Assembly: GCA_030704615.1 (NCBI GenBank)
Contig: CM060733.1
Coordinates: 26,536,001 to 26,600,000, forward strand
Reading direction: 5' to 3'
Length of the DNA: 64,000 bases
DNA from: Takakia lepidozioides
Lineage: Eukaryota; Plantae; Bryophyta
Under the pieces are notes generated by a model. It was given only the letters and a program-made list of their open reading frames with translations. It was not told the DNA's origin and ran no database searches. The position numbers and the translations under genes were made by a program. Below, one piece after another: positions 1-13,796 of this stretch; within the stretch, counting starts at the first letter, position 1, and every line of letters begins with the position of its first letter.

Positions 1-3000
1 CTGTGCCACAAGGCTGGTTTGGACATTGCCTGCAACACCACCACAAACAGATTTCATGATTATTAGCAAGAGAGAGCATCCACACTATAGAGTCAGATCA
101 AACTCTGAGATAGCCTTACATCCGTGGTCACCGCAGATACTAATCTCAAGGGCTGGTCAAGGGATCTCAGCCCATCAGGAAGCAAAATTGAGTGTCAATT
201 TAAGAGCTGTCAAAATAGTACAAAAGGCAGCGGACTTCTTCCAGCGTTCTTAGCCCCAGCTTGCAACAGCTGTGACATGCCACTGTGCTACGCTTTTGAG
301 AGCAAGTACGCTGCAAAAACAGGTACTGTGCAGTGGAAATGTTCAGAGTGCTGCCTGTGGGTTGATCTGAGACTCAAAAATGACCATCTTGAGCAGTGAT
401 CATTATGAGCTACTCAAGAGAGAGGTTGCCAAAGAACCTTTGAACTTGGATTCTGCTAGGGTGTAAGAACAGACCCTTTCCATATATGGAATGAGTAGAA
501 CAAAAGTAGAAGTTCATTCCTGGGGGATCCAACTTATTCATCAACAGTATGCGACAAAAACAATACATATAGATCACCATTGTTGGCATACGTCGTGTCT
601 GACAAGGACTATCTCAGTATCCAGAATTGCTCTATTAAATTGGAGGACCACTCCTTTAAAGAACCCCGTAGCAATGGTTTTGGAGATGCTGCATAAATGT
701 GTGGTCTCTTTCAATGTCCAACCCCCTTATCACGAGAACATAAAAAAAATTGATAAATGGCAGGCCAACTGCACACCGACAGACGTATGCATCGATAACA
801 CTGGCCTTACGTGAAAGCTTAGTGGAAACTTGGGATAAAATAAATGTACCTTGTGATAGACAAAGACCTCATTTGTCTCACTGCCGCACGCAATATATTC
901 GCTGTTGACAGTCAACCCCACAAAATTCTTCTCATTTGTGTGCCCCTTCAGAGTTCTAATCTGCTCCCATCATACATCCAGGCCGACAACACCACGAGTC
1001 AACAAAGGAGGAGCTGCTCTTCATATCAGGCCTAAGTATTATGCTCTAAAGCACCTACTTCCAATGAATTCCCTGCAACCAAGTAAGTTCAGGGCTCAAA
1101 TAAGCCAGAGGGCAGGTAGGATCACCTACTGGAACAGGCCAGACAATTCTCATTAGTAGTCTGCGTTCAGTTCCTAATGATTGAACAACTTACCATGATA
1201 GCTTAACAGAAGTCCCAAAACAAGAATGCCCTAATCAACCTCGATGAGATGCAGGTAGAAACCATCCCTCATTGCCTTTCAGTCCTTGTCAAGACCTGCT
1301 GCGATCATTCAACTACACTTAGCGTGAGATGATGACAAGCAAGCTAGATTTAAAAGTAGGGAGAGTGAGTAACTTACAGAGGAGTTTTCTTGCACATCCC
1401 ACAGCTGCAAAGTGCTGTCGGTTGATGCAGAGGCAAGTTCATTTGGTGAAATGAATTTGACGTATGAAACAGCTTTGCGATGGCCTTTGAACACATAAAG
1501 GGGCAAATTTGCATTTCGAAGATCAAAGTAGTGAATATGGTGATCTGCTGAACCGACCTGCAAACGTCAGCTCTGTCAGACCAATTAAGTTTTTAAGCCA
1601 ACGTCACCGGGTGTACCTCCTCACCGGTATAGGGAGATCCTGGAGGAAGGAGTGCAGGAAGGAGTCTGAAGTCACAGAGTACGACACACACATACAAGGG
1701 AAAACTCGTCTTAAGTTATTCAGTCATTAATTTGATGAGGAATATCATCTATCAAGGAATAGATGTGGCAGCAGAAGGTAGGAGGAGATTACCGCGACAA
1801 AGTTGCTGGAACCTGGATTGTACTTGACACAGCATATGTTCGCCTTCATGTCTATGTTGAGCACACTCGTCTCTTGCCTTGTACACCAAACCTTTACCTG
1901 GGAAAAGTTTACAACCTGCCTCAGTCCCAACTTCAACCAATGTCTGAACAATCTCTCTCTGAGAGAGAAAAAAAGACAATATAGGAAGAAGCCTTATGGG
2001 AGAGAAAGACACCTTGCCATCATCACTTCCTGAAACCAGCATTGTTGGCTCTGTTCTTGAGAAGTCAACACTCCAGGCTCGCTTTTCATGCTCCTCGTAT
2101 TCCATAATGCTCTGCATCACTTCTTTCCTTCAGTTTCCCGTACACTTTTCTTTGCTGCTAACTCTACCAAATATTTCTCAAGGACAAAATATATCCATTT
2201 CATACGGGTAAGAGATGAGGAACTCCGAAAGTACCTGATGTGTGTTGACATCCCAGACAGTGACGATCCCTTCATAGTCACTGCTGGCAATATGGGCCTT
2301 AATGTACTTGTTCCAGCTAAGGCAGCTTAGCTTTGACCTTGTAGACATCTCCACAACTGGACAGTGGATATCAGCCAACTCATTTACCACCTGCTGGGCA
2401 CACAGATTCCACCAATTAAACATCATTGGAAGCCCACAACATAGTTGGTTTTACAGTAGTAGAGAAGTAAACAATGCACCCAACTTTGGTGACAGACTTC
2501 CATGGTCACGCACTACTGTTGCATCCTTCATCCTTGGTCTACCCATTTCTATGATTACGAGCACACCTATGCAGTTTTGATATCACCATGTCCCAATGAG
2601 AATTGCTTAAGAAGTTGTGCACTGGAATTCAGAATCTACCTGCCAAAACTTTTTCCACATTTTCCTGAGCCACAGTTCAGAATCTCACAACATACTTGTC
2701 CTCAATCAAATGAGGGTAAGGACTCTTCCCAATAGATCCATTACTCCCTGCAAGCAGCCCTGACCTCTATGATCTTAATCAATAACCTTGCACATATCTC
2801 TCCACTCACTACTCCTAGACAAGGCATCTAATGATTCCACCCCATTCACTCTCTTCCCAAGATGCTGGAATGTTACCGTTGCGAAGTCAAAGACCTTGAT
2901 GCGCCTGGAGACACCAGCTGTTGCAAAAAGTTGATCATCCCGATCAAATTCGATACTGCAGTACCACATTTTATAGATTAACTGACATGCACTTGCAAGA

Positions 3001-6000
3001 GATACAGGCGAATATGATGAATAGATAACCACGGTGCAAGAGCAACATCTTCTACCCTCCATGTTCATTGGGCCAAGCCTCATTCGATCAAACTTCGCAA
3101 TTTTAATCTCTCATTGTCAATGCCAGAAGCTGTCCAGCAAGCCTGTCCCTGCCCCAAAAGAACCAAAAGTGGCTCTCACTCTCTGATTCCTCATACCTAT
3201 CCAGAACTGGCACCAGGATGGCTAATGGATCGTCATATCACCTCACCTAGAAACAATATTGGACGAATGAAAAAGATCCCCGTGCCGTAGCTCTGCAATT
3301 ACGCGCAAGCGACTACAACATGCCCACACAACAAAAGAAATAAGTTGATGAAATTGCAAACAATCTGTTGTAAATTCGTTTCCAGTTTTCTATTCCTCAA
3401 TCCAGAAAACCTTTGCCCACTCACTAAATCCTACCCAGACATACCAAAACTTCATAGGAGCCAGAATGAAGGAACAGGGGTCGACTCCATTGTACTCAAC
3501 AAATTCCTGCAGAATCTGGCTAGAATACAAACTGGACTTCACAAACAGTTCAGGAGGCCCCACCACAACAAGACACAGCCATGAACCTAGCACATGACCC
3601 ATGTCCTACTGACGTGGACTGATTTTTTGGTCTTGCCTGCTTAGGTCAACCAATCCTCACATTTCTTGTAGGCAGTCACGATGCGATACGTACTTTCGTA
3701 AGCAAAGACAGTCACACTAGTGGAACAAAGAAGCTACCTGTAGCGAGTAAAAGCAGTGAGTACAGACTGGAAATCATCCAGGCCCGTGCGGTAGCTATCT
3801 GGGCCCGCACAATTCCCATCATTTTTTGGACTTGACTGCTGTATTTGCTTTCGACATTGGCCTTGTGCAACTCGACGTCTTCTTTGCAAATAGGCATCTT
3901 GCAAGTCTTCGAACTGCGTTCACCACCCAACACCCAGAATTGATCACAGCTGTCTTAGGGGTGGACACCTGTATCTCTTGATTTTGTAAATGAACCTACC
4001 ATGACGGGAGGAAATTCCTTTGACACACAATGAGGTATCACAAGGTGGCACGTGACATGAAAAATGACCACCACTATCAGATACACACCACTCAGAATCA
4101 GAATCTATTCATACTTAGGAGATTTTACATTGAAGTCATGAGGAATAAGCTAAAAAAATTGTCTAATTGACCACAGATCTATGCCTTACAACTTTCAGCA
4201 CGACGACAATTGAAACAACTGTGGCTAAAAGACCCTGAATTTTTGAAAAGTTCACCTACCTCTGATAGGACTCGGCGCTTTTTGGCAACTGCTGGACCCA
4301 TATGGTGCATCCCTTGAGAATCCGAGAAATAATTTTCGTGAGAGCCCTCCACAGGATACAGTTGTATCTTGAAGGGACTGAAAGGAAAGCTTTGCCCTTT
4401 AGACTCTTCTCCTCTATATTGCAGTGGCAGAGCCCAGTTGACTGGAACCATTGCACCTCCTTGCCCACCTCGGGATAAGGAAACTGCGGGCCTGCTACAG
4501 GCATTGTCAGCTAGCGGGTCCAAACTGGAGGAGGGCAAGGAACCAAGGGGCATGCGCATCTTCAAAGAAAACTTCTCTTTTGCCCGTGCGAGCTCTTGTC
4601 GCTGTCTCTCAACAGTGGCAATGTCGTCTTTAAGAAACTGGAGATCTCCTTGTAACTGGTTCCACAGCAACCAAACATGGTGAGTACCAAGGAGTGGTAG
4701 CATGATACTAATCAAATGCTTGACCTGCTCCATAATTGTACTCATGTAATATAGGGGACTTCTAGAATCAGCCATGTACCCAATTGCAGAAGGCCTCTTT
4801 TCAAGAAAGGCAAATCCTCTTCTCATGTGTTCCCTTGAGAGCACTAGTCCCAATAAAGCTAAATCGCCAGGAACTTGTCCTCAAACTTGTCCTCAAACAG
4901 CAACATCATACCAACACTTCACTGCTCACAGTGTTTTCTCAAGAACACCACTACCAAAAAAGTTAACTCAGATGTGGGGACATGCCCTGAAACCCTTCAC
5001 CTCCAAGCTCTACAGTATCCGTCCTCACATAATGCATCCTGCCAGACATTGCCTCATTTGGAAAATTGCAGCTCTTCATCCATAACCATTAAAACAGATT
5101 TGTCATAGTGCTGACCTCATTGAACTCCTCCTGTTTTCTTTGTCTAGATCGATACAAAAAATCCAGTAAAATCTCCATGTTGACCTCCGCCTCTTCTTCT
5201 TCGGCCTTGCACTTTTTCTCAGCTAGAAGCTGGATCAGCGAGTCTAGCTCTTTTATTGGTAGATCCACTCCCTGTGCACCCAGTCTCTGAACAATGAGCT
5301 CAAATTCCTCCAAAGACAGACGTTTGTGAGCCTAAATACCTAAGCCTGTGCTTGAGAAATCAGCGGATTAAAGTGTACCATTTCCTGGTCCTATCACACG
5401 ACCCAGAACCTACTATTTTTTCAAAAGTCAGATAGAGGTGTTCTTGATGGCAGAGAGAAGGGAGAAAGAGGGAGAGATGTTTTTGTTTCAGCCACAGGCA
5501 GTAAAAGAAAAAAAGTTCTGATGTGCCCAACAGTGCATCACAAATTACGTGCACATACAAAGCATGCTGAATTACCACCCTCGGACTGATCTCAGAGGGT
5601 CCTGCACCTCTGAACGACATGGTCCAACTTTCAACATCAAAATACAACAGTCTCTCCCACTGAAGGTCTATGATGGAAGCCACATATGACGGGACAGAGC
5701 TTCGTAAATTACCTGTTGAAGTGCAAAGCGGAGCTGCTCTGTTGGGGAGGCGTTGCTTACTAGCTGAGATGTGCATGCCTTCCTCATTAACTGCATAACC
5801 GTAAACACCACGCAACAAAGCAAAAAGTCATGCATGTCCGTTATCCACGAAGCTGAAACATTGTAGAAACGTAGCAGCTTAATGCAGAATCTGAAGGACG
5901 CTTGCAACTGTCCTCTTCAAATTCTGCCAACAATGCCAGGGCCAGAAATCAAGCCTTCAAATCAAGATAGGACGCTACAGTGAAACCAAAAGATGAAATT

Positions 6001-6531
6001 TTTGCCATATCAAGATTAAGTAATCATATGTTTTAGCAAGAGGTGACAAACAGATTGCTATACCTTCCCACACCAAACCTCCCCCAAGGGAGCAAGCCAA
6101 CCAGATACAGATGTCTCTTTACGTTGATGTATCGATTACTTAGATATAACATACAATCCAGCCACACTCGCTTCCTTCAGGTTGGTCTTAAAAATCACTA
6201 CGAGCCTCACCTTGTTGAGAAGGAAGTTCGGAAAGAGCTGGTTCCTGGTAAGGTAGAGCCCGCAGGAAGGGCAATTGTTCTTATTGCTCAGACTCTTCGT
6301 AATACACATATAGCAAAAACTGTGACCACAAGCCGTCAAAAACGCGTCTTTCATCGTCTGGATGCAAATTGGACATAGAAAATCCTTGTCCAGCTCCACC
6401 TTTCCGCTTACGATACAGTCATGCTTGTTCTCTCCATCGGACCATGAGCCAAGGTTCGGCTCATCTTTAACACACGAAACCGAGGGTACCTGTAGACCAA
6501 CTGACCCATCCGTCCAAGTTCCTCCCTCCAT
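1..6531 (-). CDS. COP1: E3 ubiquitin ligase CONSTITUTIVE PHOTOMORPHOGENIC 1 (RING, coiled coil, WD40); last exon truncated by the window edge
   Basis: Thirteen GT-AG exons join in frame: 6531-6211, 5790-5713, 5271-5116, 4655-4260, 3913-3738, 3312-3247, 2955-2877, 2390-2235, 2111-2013, 1897-1793, 1557-1378, 960-850, 29-<1. Motifs: C3HC4 [42 protein letters not shown]; AKKRRV NLS; [28 protein letters not shown]; [15 protein letters not shown]; [11 protein letters not shown]; final exon starts AMSKPALWH. Confidence 0.97.
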
Positions 6532-7205
6532 CTCCACCTCCTCAATCAACTACAGCCTCAGATATCTAAGTCGGGCCCCAAAACCATCTCTCCGGCTTTC
6601 ACCTCAGAAATTGTCCTCAGACACCGGTAGCTTCACCAATTCACACTGGACAAGGGAAGATAACACTGAAGCGCTATTATCCTGAAGTCAATCATTGCGC
6701 CCAAGCCTACCAAACATATCCACATTATAATGCTCCGCGCGCAATGTCTACACTCACCACCCTCACTCGAATTGACCCTTCCAGAGGCACCACGACTGCT
6801 CTTCCTTCAATTGTCACCCTCCAGCACCAGAGCTCTAGAGCACACCCCGACACCGAAGAATCCAAGCACACACATCCCTGTTGTGAACCCTATCACAAAA
6901 TCATGCAATCTGCATGATTCGTCTTTTTCCAGACAACCGCACTTGAGGCTAGAATTCTGCAAGCTAGTCTTCAGCTTCGTGGAAGCAGTCCGGCCATGCA
7001 TAGCATCCTGCAATCTGGCCCTCTGCAACACCAAACCCTAGCCAAAAGCAAGCGCAGCGAGCGAACAGCAAGCGTCAAAAGGAAAGGAGCACATTGAGCC
7101 ACAGCGACTCGCGCTCCAGACGCTTCCGTTCCATGTCCATTTTTTATTTACCGCCAATTCCTCTGTTTTTACCCCTGTGTGGTCGGCCGGGCTTTCAGCC
7201 AATCT

Positions 7206-7225
7206 CTATATATATTATTATATAG
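7206..7225 (-). promoter_or_regulatory. Possible TATA region of the COP1 promoter
   Basis: TATA-rich tract upstream of a probable 5'-UTR exon (GTGAG donors near 6757/6766, acceptor TAG at 6550-6552). Confidence 0.35.
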
Positions 7226-8695
7226 AACTAATTTTTGCCCGTCCCTGAGTCACAATTTCCAAAAACAAAATAAAAAATAAAAAACAAATCCAAAGGAAAC
7301 AATTTTTCAAATTTGTTTTTTCGAAAAGGAAAGAGAATAGAAATAGGGCGAGAATTACTGGGCCTGCCGCCCTCCAACATTCCGGCCGGCGAGTGAGGAG
7401 CGGTAAAAAAGAAGGGGAGAGGCGAAGAGGCAAATCAAGTGCGTGCAGGGCAGCGCGCCACGTCGCAGGTGTATCAAAGCGCGGCTCGTTATTGGCGCCC
7501 GTTCTGCGGTCCCAATATCTGGAGCAGCCTGTGCCACGGGATGGATGAGGTACCGATGGAAGTAGTTCGTCATCTAGAGACGTGGACAGAGATCATCTCG
7601 TGCAGCATGCTCGCCACGCAGACGGAAGGGTGTTCTCGTTCAGCGACAGTGCTTTAGGATGGGCTTCTGTTATGACGCCGCCACGTGGCGGAGAGCCCAC
7701 TTGCTGTACTTGCTGGACGTATGACTGGAGTGACGTAGGTGTATCTTGATGTTGTGGAGGAATACGAATACGACAATACTAAATAATGATAAATTTAATA
7801 GGAATGGATAGAAAGTGTCCATCCAGGATGACAACTGCCTTCTTTTTCATCCTATGCATAACGACTCGCCACGAAACGGGAGGAGTGCTGACCAGCCACA
7901 TGTAACTTCTCTCTCTCTCTCAGCATTTCCGCTCCGTGCGTTTGCTATCACGATATGGACTAATTAGATAGCGTTCAGGAGGAGGGGGAGTTACAGGATG
8001 TACCAAGGCCGAGCAGCAGGACATGGCCTCCAAAAAATGTGGTGCCCCTCAGCATAGAGCTCATCCTCAGAGAGAAGACGCCGGCCAGAACTAAGGGCCG
8101 TATCACTCTAGCGAGAGGGGCAGCGGCACTCAATTTCGGACCCTCCTATTGGTTTAAGGGAGGGCAGTGTGCAGCTCTGCCTACCACACTAGTGGCTACT
8201 GCCGGCGGGAGGCTTCGACCTTGTGTCTACACGTCACATTACCGTGAAATACGGATTTCCAAGCAGTGTCCCTTGGAAATCCACAATTTTAGGAAGACAT
8301 TTTATCCTGACGCGATTCGCGAAGGTGGTCTCCACAACCCCGTTGTGCGATGCTCTCTCCTGCTGATTTTCTTGCCGTTGGGCTTTTGCTATAGTGTGGT
8401 AACCGACTCATTGCCGCTTGGTGACATGGACCTATGTCGGTCAACAATCCTTAGCCTTCAATGTCCACGTCAGTTGTATCGCTAGTGTGGTACGGCCCTA
8501 AGAGCCACTTCACCTTCCCCTTGCCACTAATGCCTCCTTTCAAGGGTGGGCCCTTTTCGCCACGTTACCCAAAGAGCTCTCCATGACTCGTCCCAATATC
8601 TATGTGGTTTGATTTTATGGTACATCCTTGAGCTCACAGGTAAATACGGCCAGCTAGGTACAGTCGGGCACCTCGGTGGAGGGGGGAGGGACCGA

Positions 8696-8860
8696 TGTCA
8701 AATTCTCCCCAACCCCCATCCTTATGGCCCGCCTAACCAGCCAGGGGGATCGGAGGGGAGCGCCCATGTCAAATTCTCCCCACCCCTCCTCCTCGCCCGC
8801 CTGCCCAGTTGGATGGGGGAGCACACCATGTCAAATTATCCCCACCCCTCCTGATCCTCC
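8696..8860 (+). repeat. Imperfect tandem repeat, about 3 x 62-70 bp
   Basis: ATGTCAAATT(C/A)TCCCC..CCC recurs at 8696, 8766 and 8828, with C-rich and G-rich segments in the units. Confidence 0.75.
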
Positions 8861-9195
8861 TCCAGCCCGGTCCCAACGCCTCCCTCAACGTCCCTGTTCC
8901 CCCACCCGTCCGCGACCGCCACATGGTGGATTTGTGCACCGTTGATCCCCCGATTTGATCCCCCGTCCCCACGCAATCCCTCGGTTGATCCCCCATCCCT
9001 CCGCAGCGCAAATCCCAAGCCTCTCCTGGCCTGCCATGTGGCAAACCCCACGGTGGTCCAGGCGCACAATCCCAACGCCTCTCTTGGCCCACCACGTGGC
9101 AGGCCCCACCGTCAACCACCCCTTGGTCCCCCCCTCTCTGGGATCCCCCAATCCTCTCCGGCCCTCCGCGTGGCAGTTCGCATAAAGTGTTTTTA

Positions 9196-10310
9196 AATCG
9201 GGCGAATATGTACCCAAACGCCCGAAAAATCAAATCAGCTAGAGGCAAGCCGATGCTTAAGCGGCTGTCTGAATAGAAGTGGCAGCGGGCATTGGGCCCA
9301 CATGGCCATTGCTTGCCCCTTCAAAGTGGCTATTGCATGTGGGGCGCACATGGCTATTGCATGCAACATCTAGCAAGCTGACTCAACTCAACTAGCGTGG
9401 CTATTTGCATTGGGCCCACATGGCTATTGCATGCCCCTTGAAAGTGGCTATAGCATGCGGGGCCCACATGGAATCCATGCCAAGGAATGCTAGGGAAGGT
9501 TCTAGAACGGAGGTGATTTTGGCAAGGTATAGCGCAAAGTGGGAGCTCAGGCAAGGACCAGAGGGTGCAGGCGGATCGAGGGTTCGAGTAGGGTGGGTGA
9601 TTTCAAGGTGCGGGAGGAGTGGGCCCAGGTCTACGTGCAGACTGCATACAAGGAGATGGAAGGATTTTGGAAGACGGTGGTTTACTTGGGGCGGAAGGGT
9701 TGCTTGGTGCTGTGCTGATCAGCACGACATGACTTGAGGGATGTACTGTAAATAAGTGGCGTACCCTTGCTTATTACATGCGCTGTAAAGACTGTTGATG
9801 TATCGACGAACCGACGAGGTTTTATGCCGACTTGTATTATTATTATGTCATGCTCTCCGTATTGAAGGCTAAATTTTCTGCTCGAAATTACATCTCCAAC
9901 GCACTTGGCTGTATTCCATTGTGACGCCTCTACACCGAATTTATATGACATTCGAAGAGAATATGTACCCCAAGTCATAATCGGGCGAATATGTACCCCA
10001 ACTCCCCAAGTCGAATAGAAAAAAAGATCATGTAGTCGAAGCGGGTGTCTAAATGTCGAGGAGGAGGGAGAGTGTTGTGGCTATTGGATGGGGGCCACGT
10101 GGGCATGTATGGCGATTGCATGGCTGCCCACCTTGGCATTGCATGCCCACGCCAAGTATGCATGTCAGAGAGGTGGCTATTGCTTGGAGGAGCACATGAC
10201 TATTGCCCATGGAAGCGCTGCAGTCTCGTGGCTATTGCATAGTAGGCCCACGTGGGCATGTATGGCGATTGCATGCAGGTTGCATGGGCCAAGCATGCAG
10301 CGGCTATAGA
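9196..10310 (+). repeat. Duplicated block with dispersed TGGCTATTGCATG-like units, probably part of an unclassified non-autonomous TE
   Basis: The 20-mer AATCGGGCGAATATGTACCC occurs at 9196 and 9979. Each copy is followed by a cluster of (G)TGGCTATTGCA(TG) and GGGCCCACATGG-like motifs (9290-9470; 10075-10310). Confidence 0.6.
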
Positions 10311-11158
10311 GTTTTCTAGATTCTTCATTGGAAAACCAGTGTAAGACGATCGCCATCGCTTTGAGTGTCTCTGGATCACGTCGTCATTACTCGAGTGTCT
10401 CTACATCAAAGGGAGGATGCTAGGATGTTAGGATGAGTATATTGACAATAAGTGGTGCAAGTGAAGGTGGCAGGGCTACGGCAACGGACAAAGCTGCATC
10501 GAAAGTATTCGAGGTCTCATGCATCGTAGGTGTCGGAGGATGTGATGTCCTCTTCCAATCGTTAAAAAAAACTTGTGGATGGGTGGTGTTATGTCTCACC
10601 TGCATTTTCAAATGGTAATTAGAATTCTAACTACAAGTACCCAAAAAATCAACAAAATTATAAAAGTTTATCTAGGATGGGATATCTGCCCACCATCGGG
10701 ACACACTGTTATGTGCAAATCAATCACGGCACATGTGGCTACACACTTGGAAGGGTATCTTAAGATATTGTCCAAAGTATTATGGTCAATCATTTTTTTT
10801 TTTACACAACATAACAATGCATGATATGGAAGAAGACAAAGAAATGTATACGTTATATGGTAGTGTAGAGCTGAAGAACTGGGTGTCTTTAATACCCTCC
10901 GATATTTTCAAGATGACGTTTATCTACCGCCGTCACCAACGCTCTGGAAACAGTTGACATGTACATTTTCGGGTTGTTTGTTATCAATGCTTAAATCGAC
11001 TACATTTTATGCATCGGGTATGTTTTTGCGGAAGGGAATGAATCTGCACATGTGTGAGGGTCTATGGCACACAATTCTAATGGTGCTTTATGGTGACACT
11101 CCGCGCTTTCTGGCTTTTTTTTTTCGTTTTTCCCCCTGTTTTTTTATAAGGGCATGTC

Positions 11159-11412
11159 CGGTGTTTTTTTTTTCATATTTCCAAAATTGCTGGCGAGGCC
11201 ACCTGTGAATTCCACCCAGTGCAAAGTGGCGCTATATTCCAAGTGTCACGTTCTCATTGGTCCACGTCGCCAAGATTAGGCTCCTGAAATTTATCTCCTG
11301 GTTCATTTTGGCGAAAATCTCGGAGTTTACCCCCCATAATTCCTTTGTACAAGTAGCTGACCGAGTTTCCAGGTCAAAATCTGGTGATTTTTCGCCAGAA
11401 AGAAAAACATTG
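11159..11412. mobile_element. hAT-type MITE, copy 1
   Basis: Termini CGGTGTTTTTT ... AAAAACATTG. 8-bp TSD GGCATGTC (11151-11158) / GGCGTGTC (11413-11420), one mismatch. The 3' half is similar to the copy at 24836-25118. Confidence 0.8.
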
Positions 11413-12399
11413 GGCGTGTCGCAGCCCACAAAGCTCGTTTCGACAAGCCTTCAAAAGCATAACCAAGATGACTTAACTGGACAAATAATGCAAGTACATC
11501 CAGGGTAGGCACAGAGGGACCCATGCGGACAAAAAACCACTGGATCTCAATGTAGCACATGGTGATCGATTTAGAGAGGCCGTTGTTAATCAGGATACAT
11601 ATACTTCTATGTACTATGGACCTGTAAATCCTGATGTATATATTGATTGACTGCATATGAAAAGCGTTTCTGATTTTTGTATGGAAAATTGGCTTTCTAT
11701 TGCATTTGGTATCGTATGTAGAAGAGCTCCTCCGCCGAATTTTTGAAGATCATCAAATGAATATGTATAAGAACCAAGTCGCCAGATTGCTAGATTTTAG
11801 ATCTACATCTTGGGTCAGCGCCTTGCACAAAGGATATGCAGGGTTCAAAAACCCCATAATTCACCATATACCAAGGGGGGCAACAAATCCGGCGCCAAAT
11901 TGCTGACCCTAGATGGACAGATGTCACATCCCTAACCCTACATCCCACAAAGGCCTTTGCCTGTTTAAGCTTCAACCAATCGCCCCCCATCACATTCGCA
12001 CCGTCCCATTTCACCCACATGGCTCCATTTGGGCCACCCATTTCTCGACTCGCCACCCCCATTCCTCCGTTCGTGCCGCAATGGCCATGGCGGTTTCCTT
12101 TCCGCTCACAATTCGGCCACCTCTCTTGAGTCCTACGCCTTGTTTACACTAGGCCTTAGAATATGCAGCTGCTACTCTACTACATACACTTTGGGCATGG
12201 CGGCTGCTTTGGCGACTTTTGTAATATACTTGGGGTTTTATTTTTTTCCCCGATTTGGTTATAAAATGAGGAATCTTCAAATATATATATGTATATAGGA
12301 AATAAAGTATCTTTCATTAATGCAGTCCAGATTTGGGTGGGATCATGGATGCAGGTTTGTTGCCACCAGGCCAGATTGATGGCTTGTTTAGATACTAGG

Positions 12400-13720
12400 T
12401 GTAAAAGGATATGAATGGGGATTTATTTGTGATTGCGGTCCAAACGATTCCAGCCCCATTTTGCTTTCATTTTCATGCACTTTGTCGAGATGGTACTTGG
12501 ATATGGAGATGCACACGGTGAAGTGCAAGGTGTGCATTGAATTAGTAAATATGAAGGACAAGTTGTTAGTGCCAAAGTGGGACTTCCTCCAAAAACATGC
12601 TAAGTAGAAGGAAAGCATAAAAGGTAATCGGTGGGGATGTTAAGAAAGGTGACTTTTACTTCACTCCTGGATACATGCACACAAAGAACAATATGGTAAT
12701 GTATGCCTCCCGTAGCAGAGAGACTGTCCTCTAGCAAATGATAGGGAATGGAGTGGCTGGTGAGAAAAAAAATGAATGTAAAACAGTTTGCCACTGTATT
12801 CCATATTCTTCAGCAAGATAGACCCATGACTAAGTATGAATCTATGGAAGATCTTTTTAGTACTTGCATGTTCCACGGAATCCAAGAAACATTGGCTGGT
12901 AACTCTAGGTAGACTAGGGCTGATCACATGCATGCTCAAAGTGCTATAGGCTATTAGGGAGGCTGTGTTGGCAGTTGAGTATGTGGCTTCAATGACGTGT
13001 GATGAAGCGACTGTGGACATACAATCTTGGCTATCTGTTCACACTTATATAGTCCAAAATTGGATAATGATCCTTTTTCTGATTTCAGTACTAAAGCGAG
13101 TTACAGAAGCAGCAAGGTCTGACAACTTGACCAAAGTCATAATGGAAGCACCCATGATAGGAGGGGCTCTCCCACATGAATCTATCTGTTGTAAACTATT
13201 GAGTTTTGGTGCAGGTGGTGTCAATGTGTTTCAGGGAACTTGGAATGGGGTCACTCAATAGATTCATGACAATATGGCACCCCTCTCCATAGGTGTGCAT
13301 TGGCCCACCGCACTAATTTGGCTGTGCAGACCTTTTCTAACCTAAGTGTTGTGGCAGACTAGAAGATCTTTTATAGGCTCTATATACATATTTTGCTCAC
13401 ACAGCCCTAAGAGAGACTTGGATCAGTTCACAAAACTTGCTGAGATCAAGGAAACAAAGGGGAACAAGATTCTACGTAATGTGAAGACCCGTTGGAAAAA
13501 CTTGCCGAGATCATGGAAACAAACGGGAATTTTCACCATCACTCGTTTGGCTGGACTTAGCATAGATATCCAACGGGTCTTCACATTACGTAAAATCCCG
13601 AACTCTTATGGTGAAAATGGCCATTGATAGTTCTACCAATCAGCAATAATTACGAACACTTGTGTGACTTGTAGATTCTGCTTGGTTTGATTTGCATTCT
13701 CCCTTTGCTGCAATTAGTCC
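12400..13720 (+). pseudogene. Degenerate hAT-superfamily (ZNF862-like) transposase relic
   Basis: Fragments across frames: KWDFLQKH, MTCDEATVDIQSWLSVHTY, KLLSFGAGGVNVFQG, GVH..HRTNLAVQ, HSPKR, ETKGNKILRNVKTRW (hAT TRW motif). Multiple stops and frameshifts. Confidence 0.7.
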
Positions 13721-13796
13721 ATGCATTTTCATTAATTAATTATCCCCCATTTGTTTTTCAAAAAACTGAAAACTGAAAATGAAAAATGAATTATCT

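Noticed and set aside
8039-9248. ORFs of 100-160 aa in the GC-rich block
   Set aside because: No recognisable motifs, and they overlap tandem repeats on both strands.
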